Positions 27,245 to 37,400 of a stretch of 64,000 nt of DNA are shown in pieces (the first letter of the stretch is position 1; each line of letters begins with the position of its first letter). The stretch spans positions 606 to 64,605 of the IMG/VR virus record IMGVR_UViG_3300043803_000642; one strand, given 5' to 3'. A program made the position numbers and the translations under genes. Below the pieces are notes generated by a model. That model saw only the letters and a program-made list of their open reading frames with translations. It was not told the DNA's origin and searched no databases. The stretch is from a virus (lineage: Duplodnaviria > Caudoviricetes).

Positions 27245-28915
27245 ATGAGCGGTAACTATCCCGGAAACTTCATCACAAGACAGCCGATTACTGTATCGAC
27301 CACGCAGGCGTCGGGCATTTGGACGCTACAGCAGGCTTTGCAAGCGATACAGAATGGCACATGGCCAGGCAGCCCTACAAACACGGTTGTTCTAACGTTC
27401 ACCGCGTCTGGAAGTTGGACTTGTCCTGAAGGCGTATCCCAAGTTGATTACTTGGTGGTGGGTGGCGGCGGTGGTGGCAATCGTGGTTCTTCTGGCAACC
27501 CAGCTGGTGGTGGCGGTGCGGGTGGATTCAGGACAGGAACAGGATTGGCTGTAACTGCCGGAACAACTTACACAATTACCGTTGGAGCTGGTGGACGGGA
27601 GTTTACTGCCGGAGACTCTTCTATTTTTTCTACAATCACCTCTGCCGGTGGTGGTCGTGGCGGCGGCAGAATTACTGCTGCAAGCGGCGGTAATGGCGGT
27701 TCTGGTGGCGGCGCAGGCGCTGGCGGCGAGCCGGGCGGACTTGGAAATACACCATCTACATCACCAAGCCAAGGGAATAATGGCGGCGGTGGCGTTGGCG
27801 GCGGAGGCGGCGCAAGCGAAACTGGTAGAAATAGTGTAGGCAGTGTTGGAGGCGCCGGCGGAAATGGCACAGCCTCATCTTTGTCTGGCTCATCTGTAAT
27901 TTATGCCGGTGGTGGCGGAGGCGCAAATAATTCTGGTGTGCCAGGTGCTAGTGGTGGTGCTGGCGGTTTGGGTGGAGGCGGAAATGGAGCCGGCTCTAGT
28001 GCCGCAACTTCCGGAACCGCAAATACAGGCGGCGGTGGTGGCGGAGGCGGTGCAGATAATCCGGGTCCAATTTTTGGCGCAACCGGAGGATCCGGGATAG
28101 TTATCATTAAATATGTTGTTCCTAGAACATCAACAGTACTAATCTTTAATGCCTCCGGTAGTTGGACATGTCCGCCGGGTGTGACTAGCGTTGATTATCT
28201 AGTTGTTGGCGGCGGTGGTGGCGCTGGATCCCAAAGCAACTTTTCTTCTGGTGGCGGGGGTGCCGGCGGATTTCGTACGGGAACTAATTTTGCTGTAACA
28301 AGGGGAGTAACTTATACAATAACCGTTGGTGGTGGCGGGCCTGGCATGCAGAACGGGGCGGCAATAAACGGTGGTAACTCTGCTTTTAGTACCATCACGG
28401 CAACTGGTGGCGGTGGTGGCGGGGTTGGCAACATTTCTCCAAGTGGAAATAATGGTGGCTCTGGCGGTGGCGGTGGAGCAACCAGTGGAAGTGGTTTTGC
28501 AGCTGGTTTGGGGAACGTTCCATCTACAACACCACGCCAAGGAAATAACGGCGGTAGTGGTGCTGCTGGTTCTCCTTCTGGCGGCGGAGGCGGTGGCGGG
28601 GGCGCAAGTGAAGAAGGCTCTCCAGGATCTGGAAACTCTGGCGGCAAGGGTGGTAACGGCACAGCGTCAACTCTATCTGGATCAAGCGTTACCTACGCTG
28701 GTGGTGGGGGTGGTTCAGCCGGAAGAGCATCTCCGGGAAGCCCCGCGCTAGGCGGAACAGGCGGCGGCGGTAACGGCAATACGGCAATTAATCAATACAA
28801 CTCTGAAAACGCAAGAGCAAACTCCGGCGGAGGTGGAGGCGGCATTGGAAATGATGCAAACCCCGCAATTGGATATGGTGGTAGTGGTATTGTTATCTTA
28901 AAACTAAACTCATAA
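27245..28915 (+). CDS. Second glycine-rich fibre/receptor-binding protein with two tandem Gly-rich domains
   Basis: SGIWTL N-terminal motif; two modules paralogous to the previous gene. Confidence 0.8.
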   Translation: MSGNYPGNFITRQPITVSTTQASGIWTLQQALQAIQNGTWPGSPTNTVVLTFTASGSWTCPEGVSQVDYLVVGGGGGGNRGSSGNPAGGGGAGGFRTGTGLAVTAGTTYTITVGAGGREFTAGDSSIFSTITSAGGGRGGGRITAASGGNGGSGGGAGAGGEPGGLGNTPSTSPSQGNNGGGGVGGGGGASETGRNSVGSVGGAGGNGTASSLSGSSVIYAGGGGGANNSGVPGASGGAGGLGGGGNGAGSSAATSGTANTGGGGGGGGADNPGPIFGATGGSGIVIIKYVVPRTSTVLIFNASGSWTCPPGVTSVDYLVVGGGGGAGSQSNFSSGGGGAGGFRTGTNFAVTRGVTYTITVGGGGPGMQNGAAINGGNSAFSTITATGGGGGGVGNISPSGNNGGSGGGGGATSGSGFAAGLGNVPSTTPRQGNNGGSGAAGSPSGGGGGGGGASEEGSPGSGNSGGKGGNGTASTLSGSSVTYAGGGGGSAGRASPGSPALGGTGGGGNGNTAINQYNSENARANSGGGGGGIGNDANPAIGYGGSGIVILKLNS

Positions 28916-28921
28916 AAGCCT

Positions 28922-29179
28922 ATGGATACGAAAATACGCATGATGTACGGTATTGATACAGCGATGCACCTGCTACGTCCGGGTGCGCGCTGGGAGATCA
29001 CGAACAACTTTTTCAGCCTCTGGGATGACCCACGTCCTTGCCCGACGATGGAAGAAGTCCATGAGACCATGGAGAAGATCCGTGCGTTCGAGGACAGCAT
29101 CAACACGATCTACACAGAGGAGCAGCTGGAGAAGATTACCGGACAACAGCGAGTTTACGACAAGGCGGTGAACGGATGA
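28922..29179 (+). CDS. Small fibre-associated protein (XkdW-like)
   Basis: LRPGARW...W.DPRPCPT.EE. Confidence 0.55.
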   Translation: MDTKIRMMYGIDTAMHLLRPGARWEITNNFFSLWDDPRPCPTMEEVHETMEKIRAFEDSINTIYTEEQLEKITGQQRVYDKAVNG

Positions 29180-29784
29180 ACATCCAGAACCTATTCCCAC
29201 TTCCTGTCGGGTTTGCTCGCTTGGGGCGTGATCTGACCGAGAAAGAACTGAGCTTTATCCTCGGCCAAGACAAGTATGCCAACCAAGGCAACACCACAAG
29301 CTCTGACCGCATGATCTTGAAGAACAAGGAACTGACGGACATCCGTGAGTTCATCGAAGATGCGATGGTGGACTACTTCAAGACGGTACATGACCCCAAA
29401 GGCGATGTGGCGCTGTACGTTACGCAGTCGTGGGCAAACTACACAGATCCAGGTCAGTACCACCACAAGCACGCGCATCCAAATAGCTTTATCTCTGGCG
29501 TGTTCTACCCGCAGGCTGACAGAGAAGTGGACAAGATCTACTTCTACAAGAGCGGCTATGAGCGGATCAAAGTACAACCGGCCACATGGAATCACTGGAA
29601 CTCGGAGAGCTGGTGGTTCGAGGTAGGCGCAGGAGATCTGATCTTGTTCCCGTCGCATTTGGAACACATGGTCGAGACGAAGGTTGGCAATCAGACCCGC
29701 GTGAGTATCGCATTTAACACTTTTCTCAAGGGACACATAGGTGTCGATGAGAGTTTGACTGGACTGCAACTAGGAGAAGATTGA
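29176..29784 (+). CDS. 2OG-Fe(II) oxygenase-like protein (TIGR02466-like)
   Basis: QSWAN, HHKHAHPNSFISGVFY, LILFPSHLEHMV, RVSIAFN. Confidence 0.85.
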   Translation: MNIQNLFPLPVGFARLGRDLTEKELSFILGQDKYANQGNTTSSDRMILKNKELTDIREFIEDAMVDYFKTVHDPKGDVALYVTQSWANYTDPGQYHHKHAHPNSFISGVFYPQADREVDKIYFYKSGYERIKVQPATWNHWNSESWWFEVGAGDLILFPSHLEHMVETKVGNQTRVSIAFNTFLKGHIGVDESLTGLQLGED

Positions 29785-30152
29785 TGGCGCACTTTGCGAA
29801 ACTTGGCCCCGGCAACGTGGTCGAACAGGTGATCGTCGTTGACAACCGTGACACAGCGGACGCTAACGGCGTGGAGAAGGAACATATCGGCGCAGCGTTC
29901 TGCGAGAAGTTGTTTGGCGGTACGTGGAAGCAGACCAGCTACAACGGCAACAAGCGCAAGAACTACGCTGGTATTGGTTTTACCTACGACGAGCAGCGTG
30001 ATGCGTTCATCCCGCCCAAGACGTTTGCAAGTTGGGTGTTGGACGAAGATAAATGCCAGTGGAAGGCGCCGGTAGATATGCCTACTGACGGCCAGCTGTA
30101 TTCATGGGACGAAGCCACGACATCGTGGGTTGTTACTCCTATAGGTGAGTGA
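29784..30152 (+). CDS. Conserved fibre-associated protein
   Basis: MAHFAKL...WKQTSYNG..RKNYAGIG.TYD..RDAFIPP. Confidence 0.75.
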   Translation: MAHFAKLGPGNVVEQVIVVDNRDTADANGVEKEHIGAAFCEKLFGGTWKQTSYNGNKRKNYAGIGFTYDEQRDAFIPPKTFASWVLDEDKCQWKAPVDMPTDGQLYSWDEATTSWVVTPIGE

Positions 30153-30412
30153 TGAGCTGGGCAGACGCGCTTAAAGCGATCATCCCTATCGTCGTAGCAA
30201 GCCTTGCGTGGCTGCTGGGCGAGGTGGGTAGCTTTAACACTCGCCTGACCAAGATAGAAGGACAGATGCCGGCTTTGATTACGCCGCAGGGAACTCCTAC
30301 GGACAGCCCTATATCTGCCGAGCGTCGCCATGCACTGAAAGAAGAGATATACAAAGATCTCCACGACCTGCAAGTTCGTATCAAGCTCATGGAAGAAAGG
30401 GCTAAAAAATAA
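30149..30412 (+). CDS. Small membrane protein in the lysis cassette
   Basis: N-terminal hydrophobic helix; precedes holin and endolysin. Confidence 0.6.
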   Translation: MMSWADALKAIIPIVVASLAWLLGEVGSFNTRLTKIEGQMPALITPQGTPTDSPISAERRHALKEEIYKDLHDLQVRIKLMEERAKK

Positions 30413-30906
30413 TGTTGCCATTACTTGCACCGATCTTGACGCAGCTCGCGGGCGCAGGGCTACAGAAGGTGGCCGACTCTGTGCTTGAGCAGGGCTTGGA
30501 TCATGTCGAGGAGAAGCTCGGCATCAAGCTGGAGCCTAACGAGAACGGTGTGCTGGATGACACCAAGCTGGCAGAGATTCAGATGGCAGCCATGAAACAT
30601 GCAGAGTTCATGGCAGAACTGGATTTGAAGAACACGCAGGACGCGCGGGAGATGCAGGAAAAAGCCATGGAGAATGCTGATCCTTTGGTACGCAGGTTTG
30701 TGTACCTGTTTGCTGGGTTCTGGTCATTGTTTGCCACGGGCTATATCGTCTTGATTACCGTTGCAGAGATCCCGGAAAAGAACATCCGGTTTGTAGATGT
30801 GGTTCTTGGTTTTATCCTTGGTACGGTGGTAGCTACCATCCTGAACTTCTTCTTTGGTTCTAGCCAGAGCAGCAAGGACAAGACCAAGGAGTTGCTGAAA
30901 AAATGA
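30412..30906 (+). CDS. Putative holin (GTA 3TM-like)
   Basis: DAREMQ, two TM helices, FFFGSSQSSKDK. Confidence 0.7.
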   Translation: MLPLLAPILTQLAGAGLQKVADSVLEQGLDHVEEKLGIKLEPNENGVLDDTKLAEIQMAAMKHAEFMAELDLKNTQDAREMQEKAMENADPLVRRFVYLFAGFWSLFATGYIVLITVAEIPEKNIRFVDVVLGFILGTVVATILNFFFGSSQSSKDKTKELLKK

Positions 30907-31364
30907 AGCTCTCGCCGAACTTCACGCTGGAGGAAATGACCGTCAGCGACTATGCGGCGCGACATGGGTTAGATAATACTCCGCAGAACGAACACCTGAA
31001 GAACCTCAAGCGGCTCGCAGTGTTCTTGGAGTCTCTGCGGGCGCTGCTGGGCAAGCCGATCAGCATCAACTCGGCCTACCGCAGCCCAGAAGTAAACACA
31101 GCAATCCGTGGGTCAAAGACAAGTCAGCACTGTCACGGTACAGCGGCAGATATTCGTGTGTCGGGGATGGTCCCAGATCAGGTAGTAAAGCGTATCATTG
31201 CTTCTACGTTGCCATTTGATCAGGTGATCCGTGAGTTTTCTGACCCGGTGCGCGGCGGTGGGTGGACGCACGTCAGCATCCCGAACACGCCAGAAGCCAA
31301 GCCGAGAAAGATGGCGCTTATCATCGACAAAAAGGGTACACGCCCGTACAAGTCAGGTGGGTAG
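30903..31364 (+). CDS. Endolysin, peptidase M15A family
   Basis: LSPNFTLEE, SAYRSPEVN, SQHCHGTAAD, WTHVS. Confidence 0.9.
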   Translation: MKLSPNFTLEEMTVSDYAARHGLDNTPQNEHLKNLKRLAVFLESLRALLGKPISINSAYRSPEVNTAIRGSKTSQHCHGTAADIRVSGMVPDQVVKRIIASTLPFDQVIREFSDPVRGGGWTHVSIPNTPEAKPRKMALIIDKKGTRPYKSGG

Positions 31365-31366
31365 AA

Positions 31367-33502
31367 ATGCCATTACAGAAACTACAACTTCGGCCTGGTG
31401 TAAACCGCGAAGGAACTACGCTTTCCAACGAGGGCGGCTGGTTTGACTGTGACAAGATTCGCTTCCGTTCTGGCTATCCTCAGAAGCTAGGTGGCTGGCA
31501 GCCGATCTCTGCCAACACGTATGAAGGCACTGCACGTAGTCTGTGGAACTGGGTAACGCTGCGGGGCTACAACCTGCTGGCAGTCGGCACTAACGTCAAG
31601 TACTACATCGAGAGTGGCGGCGCGTACAACGACATCACGCCCATTCGCAGGACTGCGACGCTCACCAATCCGTTCACGACTACGCTCGGCTCGGCTATCG
31701 TCACGGTGACAGATCCGGGGCATGGCGCGACTAACGGCGACTATGTGACGTTTTCTGGTGCGTCTACCGTTGGTGGCCTAGACCTGAACAACGAGTACCG
31801 GATCACGTATGTTAACAGTAACTCCTACACCATTACCGCTGCTTCTGTAGCTACATCTTCTGCGACCGGCGGCGGTACAGTGACTGCCAGTTACCAACTC
31901 AACACCGGCCTTGAGATCTACGGCTTTGTAACCGGCTGGGGCGCTGGCCTCTGGGGCGGTTTTGCAACTGGCGCCACACAGACTGCTCTGACAGCAGCGT
32001 TGAGCGCATCCAACACCACGATTACGGTAGCGTCGACTACAGGGTTTTCCAACGCTACAGGCACGGTACTGATAGATCAGGAACTGGCAACGTACACAGG
32101 CAACACGGCCACGACGTTTACTGGTGCTACACGCGGCGCGAATGGCACGATAGCTACAACACACTCCAACGGCGCGATTGTTTACAACGCCCGCACGTTT
32201 ACAGGCTGGGGTGACTCGGCATCGTTTGGTATCACACAACGTCTGCGACTGTGGTCGGAAGCCAACTACGGCGACTATCTAATCATCAATCCACGCGGCG
32301 GTGCGCTGTATATGTGGGTGCCGCAGTACACAGCAGGCGGTGTTTTGGAGTTCACTACTCCAGCAACTATTCTGTCTAGTACTAGCAGTGGCGTGTATCA
32401 GACAGATACTAGCTGCCCGATAGTTGCCAACTTTGTGATGGTGTCGGACTCGTCGCGCTTTGTGATTGCGTTTGGCTGCAACGACTACGGTTCTACCACG
32501 CAGGATCCGATGTTGATCCGCTGGTCAGATCAGGAGGACTACGCAACTTGGGCGCCGGCAGTCACGAATCAGGCCGGCAGCTTCCGCCTGTCTTCGGGGT
32601 CAGAGATCATCACTGCGCAGCAGACGCGTCAGGAGATATTGGTATTCACAGATGCAGCGGTATTTTCGATGCAGTATCTGGGGCCGCCGTATGTCTGGGG
32701 CTTCAATATCATGTCGGACAATATCTCTATCGCTGGTCCAAATGCGGTAGCCACGGCCAACAACATCACGTACTGGATGGGCGTAGATAAGTTCTATGCC
32801 TACACCGGTCGGGTAGAGACGTTGCCCTGCGCGTTGCGTCAGTACGTCTTTGGCGATATCAATCTGGATCAGAAGGATCAGTTCTTCGCCGGCACGAACG
32901 AGGGTTACAGTGAGATCTGGTGGTTCTACTGCTCGGCAGGCAGTGAGGTAATCGACAAGTACGTGATCTACAACTATCTGGATCAGGTCTGGTACTACGG
33001 AACCATGGGGCGTACGGCATGGCTGGACAGCCCGCTGCGGTCATACCCGATGGGCGCGACGTACAGCCACACGATTGTGTATCACGAGAACGGCAACGAC
33101 GATGTCGAAGTTAACGGTACACAGCTGCCTATCAACGCGTACATCCAGTCATCTGATTTTGATATTGGCGACGGGCATAACTTCGGGTTTGTGTGGCGCA
33201 TGATCCCTGACATCACGTTTGATGGATCGAGTACGCCAGCGCCAGAGACTCCGCAGGTCACATTTACGGTACGTCCACGACAGAACCCAGGTTCACCTTA
33301 CGGCACAGCAGATGTGCCAACGGTAGCATCTGCACAGAGCTACGCGGTTGTCAGGAACTATTTGGTGCAGGAGTTCACGGGTATTGTGTACACCCGCCTG
33401 CGCGGCCGGCAGATGGCATTTAAGGTAGAGTCAAATCAGCTTGGCTGTCAGTGGCAGCTGGGCGTTCCACGAGTTGATGTACGTGCTGATGGCAGAAGAT
33501 GA
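31367..33502 (+). CDS. Tail nozzle/stabilisation protein (P22 gp10-like) with inserted beta domains
   Basis: IRWSDQED beta-propeller-type repeats; start reassigned to ATG 31367. Confidence 0.7.
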   Translation: MPLQKLQLRPGVNREGTTLSNEGGWFDCDKIRFRSGYPQKLGGWQPISANTYEGTARSLWNWVTLRGYNLLAVGTNVKYYIESGGAYNDITPIRRTATLTNPFTTTLGSAIVTVTDPGHGATNGDYVTFSGASTVGGLDLNNEYRITYVNSNSYTITAASVATSSATGGGTVTASYQLNTGLEIYGFVTGWGAGLWGGFATGATQTALTAALSASNTTITVASTTGFSNATGTVLIDQELATYTGNTATTFTGATRGANGTIATTHSNGAIVYNARTFTGWGDSASFGITQRLRLWSEANYGDYLIINPRGGALYMWVPQYTAGGVLEFTTPATILSSTSSGVYQTDTSCPIVANFVMVSDSSRFVIAFGCNDYGSTTQDPMLIRWSDQEDYATWAPAVTNQAGSFRLSSGSEIITAQQTRQEILVFTDAAVFSMQYLGPPYVWGFNIMSDNISIAGPNAVATANNITYWMGVDKFYAYTGRVETLPCALRQYVFGDINLDQKDQFFAGTNEGYSEIWWFYCSAGSEVIDKYVIYNYLDQVWYYGTMGRTAWLDSPLRSYPMGATYSHTIVYHENGNDDVEVNGTQLPINAYIQSSDFDIGDGHNFGFVWRMIPDITFDGSSTPAPETPQVTFTVRPRQNPGSPYGTADVPTVASAQSYAVVRNYLVQEFTGIVYTRLRGRQMAFKVESNQLGCQWQLGVPRVDVRADGRR

Positions 33503-34380
33503 CATCACAGATCGTTACTACGGAATCTCTTGTACTCACCCGGACGAAAGCCCCGGCGCTCCCTATCGCCCCGACAGAGTACAGCCGCCAGTACATTGAT
33601 CAGCTGAACAATGTTCTACGACTGTACTTTTCTCAACTTGATAACTTTGTAGGACAGCTGACCGCAAACGGTTCCAACGTTACGTCCAACATAGTATTGC
33701 CGCATGGTGCTTTCCATCAGGACGGGTACACCACGCTGTCGGTAGATATTCCGAACCCAACGTCCACCGCAAACATCGTCGTTGCGTCCACGACAGGATT
33801 TCAAAACACCGGCACGATCTTGATTGGTGCCGAGTTTATAAATTACAGCGGCGCAACTAGCAACACGTTCACCGGTATCACTCGCGGGATGTACAGCTCG
33901 ACAGCGTCTTCCCACAACGCCGGTGTTTACGTATCGGAATCACAAGCAGTAGCCAATTCGACAACTGCTCTGGCAGTTATCATGTCAGCAACAGATGCGA
34001 GTGAAGGCGTTTACATAGATCCGGCGGACAAAACCAAGATTGTTTTTGATTACGCTGGGTACTACAACATCCAGTTCAGTATTCAGTTATTAACGTTTGA
34101 CGGCGATGACAACGTAGTACTGTGGTTCAAGCAGAATGGTAACGATGTTGCCAACAGCGCGGGTGTGGTGACAGTGCCTGCCACGCATGGCGGCCAGCCG
34201 GGGGCGGCGATTGTGTCGTGGAATTTGGTTTTGCCGCTGAACGTAAATGACTACATCCAGCTGTACATGGCATCTGGCACAGGAAAATCTTTGGCCGCAA
34301 CCTACCCGCCAGGGACTACGCCTGTGCATCCTGCTTCTCCCGCAGTCATCTTGACGGCAACCTTTGCCTCGGCGCTGTAA
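33499..34380 (+). CDS. Tail spike/needle-like protein with C-terminal C1q-like domain
   Basis: LNNVLRLYFSQLD helix; AGYYNIQFSIQL...DYIQLY. Confidence 0.6.
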   Translation: MTSQIVTTESLVLTRTKAPALPIAPTEYSRQYIDQLNNVLRLYFSQLDNFVGQLTANGSNVTSNIVLPHGAFHQDGYTTLSVDIPNPTSTANIVVASTTGFQNTGTILIGAEFINYSGATSNTFTGITRGMYSSTASSHNAGVYVSESQAVANSTTALAVIMSATDASEGVYIDPADKTKIVFDYAGYYNIQFSIQLLTFDGDDNVVLWFKQNGNDVANSAGVVTVPATHGGQPGAAIVSWNLVLPLNVNDYIQLYMASGTGKSLAATYPPGTTPVHPASPAVILTATFASAL

Positions 34381-34437
34381 CAGTATGTTTATAGCGAGCA
34401 AAATGATACGATTGACAAAATTTTGTAAGGATGTGCT

Positions 34438-37400
34438 ATGAGCCTCCATAACTTAGCCCAACACCTCCAGAGCGCTGGTAGGGGCGACGATAAAGTCCTA
34501 GTCCACATGACGCCGGGCGAAGTGCAGGGCTTGCAATCACTGGCCATGGCGCACGGCGGTAGTCTGACTATCAATCCGCAGACCGGACTTCCAGAGGCAG
34601 GATTTCTAGACAGCATCTTGCCGATGATCGCAGGCTTTGCTCTAGGACCAGCAGGCTTTGCTTTGATGAGTCCTATGCAAGCAGCCTTGACGGTAGGCGC
34701 TGTTGGCACGTTGGCTACCGGCAGTCTGGGCAAAGGCTTGATGGCAGGCCTTGGCGCGTTTGGTGGCGCAGGAATAGGTGGTGCGTTAGCAGGCGGAACG
34801 GCAGGTGCTGTTGCATCAAGTGCCGATGATGTTTTAAGTGCCGCCAACACGTTTAAAGGTGCCACGCCAGCACAGATACAACAAGTTGCCAGTGGTCAGG
34901 CGGTTACTGGTCCTACTGGTATCACTCAATCTCTAGCGTCTAAAGCGCTGACCCCGACGCAGCAAATGCAGGCAAACGTGCTTGCTTCTCCCGTCGGAAA
35001 GCTTGGGACTAATTTGGCCCAGCCACAGTTTGTCGGAGAAGGCTCGCGCATATTTGCGACGCCGGCAGATCTGGCTCGCGGCGTTACTAACACCGGTGTG
35101 CAAAGCCTAGCCAAAGTAGCGCCAGAGACCTTTTCCGAAAGATTGTCTGCTGTGGGTCAAGGGCTGAAGAACATTACTTCTGATCCCAAGAAACTAATTC
35201 AATTTGTCAAAGACAATCCGTACGAGTCTGCGGCATTAGCAACAAGCTTGGCTTCGGGTATGCAAGAAGACACCAAGTTCCCAGAGCGCAAAAAGGGCGA
35301 GCCACTCAAGAAACTGCAATATGAGTACGAGCCGATACCTATAGGCGTTGCAGGCACGTCCGAGCGCAACTACTTCCCGAACGCACGATTCACACCGACA
35401 GGAGAGGTCTACGCAGCGGGCGGTGGCCTGATGGGCTTGGCAGAAGGCGGCACAGTCGAGGAAATGTCACGGCTGAATGCTGTCGGTGCAAACACGATGT
35501 ACCCGATGGCAAACCAGATGTCATACAAGTACAGCACTCCAAGACAGCGCCCTATCTCTGAGAACGTTATCCGTCCTGCGGGAGAAGCCCGGATAGATCC
35601 GTACACAGGAGAGCAGCAGCTGGCCGAGGGTGGCGCTATTGCAGCTGCGTATGAAAAGTACTTAGGTCGTGCGCCAGATCCAGCAGGCTTGGCGTTTTAC
35701 TCCGATCCGAACATTTCTAATGAGCGTGTAATTGCCGATCTGTCTTACGCCAACAACCCAGAGAGAGCGCAGTTTTTGTCAAGAAGTTCTACCGGTGGCG
35801 GTGGTAGCACTGTAAGTACGGGTGGTGGCACAGCAGCCAACCAAGCAGCGGTTGCTCAAGCAATATCTTCCGGTCAAGCATCGTCAGGAACAGTCAACAT
35901 CCCGCAAGGCGCGTTTTACTACGGCGGCGGCATCCCGGATCCATTTGGTTATGGAAAAACTGGAACTACCACAGGTGATGCACAAGCCGTGGAATCTCCG
36001 TTTGCAAAGACAAGCTTCCGTCTTGGTAGTCAAGCACCGACTATCGGCGCCCAGACCACTGCCGCATCACCTAGCCAAGTGGCAGACATCTACGAGCGTG
36101 TACTCGGCCGTCAGGTAGATCTACCGGGGTTGGAATTCTACGCAAGACAACAGCGTTTGGCGCCATCTGCTCTTGAGCAGACGTTGCAGTACTCGCCAGA
36201 GTTCTTTGAGAATCTTGCCAAGCCCTTAGTGCCGAAGCTGGTGTACGACCAATCCGGCAGAGCAATGATCGAGGGTAGTGGTGTTCCATACAACCCTGCA
36301 CAGTACGGTTATCCCGGCCCTGTGGTGCAACCGCCGTCTCTGCCAAAGATGTCGGCAACTGCGCCGTCTGGTGGTATTACGGGTGGCATTACAGGCGGCA
36401 CTACAGGTGGAACCACAGGCGGCATCACAGGCGGCATCACTGGTGGGACTACCGGCGGAACTACGGGCGGTACTACAGGTGGGACCACAACCGGAACTGG
36501 CAGAGAAATCAGCACAGCACCGGGCGCGTACCAGTACAACTACTTCGAGAACAAGCCCGAAGAGAACGCGCTCATTAGACAGTACCAGACTGGTCCAAAC
36601 GAGAAGGCACGGGCAGACTTGACCGAGTTGTATCTCAGACAGCTTGGCCGTTTGCCAGATGCACCGGGCTTTGATTACTACATGAAGACTATCGGCGCGG
36701 ACAACATCATTGATCCGAAAGAAGCTGAGATGTTTATAAACAACGCATCGCCCGAGCTTGCAGACAGACGGGCGCTGACAGCGTTGTACCGCGAGGTTGG
36801 TGGTCGTGACCCAGACATCCCTGGCCTTGAGTACTACATGAGCGAGATAGGCAAAGCAGGTGGCATTGATCCTATCAAGGACAGACTTATTGCTGGCCTG
36901 AAGCAAGAAGTGGACATGGCCAACGCAGGTTATCGCGCACCCACCCCAAATCAGATGGGTAGTCGTATGACAGAAGCGGAGGCTGCTGCATTGCAGGCGA
37001 AAGCACCGTTCTTGTACGGCACGATCCCCGGCACAGTAAGTTCTGAATATCCTGCCGGGAGAGACAACAACAAAGCGCGCGAGCAGCTGTACAACCTGTA
37101 TGAGCAGAAGCTAGGCCGCACACCAGACATGGCAGGATTCAATTATTGGATCAACGAGTTTGGTCGCGATAACCAGATCGATGCAGCAGAAATGGCAAAG
37201 TTCTTGCAAGGCGCAAAAGAGGCTGGTGAAACCGTGCGTATGGCTGGCGGTGGTATCGCTGATCTTGGCGGTTATTCTGACGGTGGCAGACTACTGAAAG
37301 GACCCGGAGATGGAGTTTCTGATTCTATCCCTGCTGTCATTGGCGACCGGCAGCCTGCTCGTCTTGCTGATGGTGAGTTTGTAATCCCTGCACGTATCGT

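Noticed and set aside
25746-28662. Pro-rich antisense ORFs and other shadow ORFs in the track
   Set aside because: They are reverse-complement artefacts of Gly codons and overlap well-supported genes
25584-28915. Diversity-generating retroelement
   Set aside because: No reverse transcriptase is present, and the repeats differ at all bases rather than only at adenines
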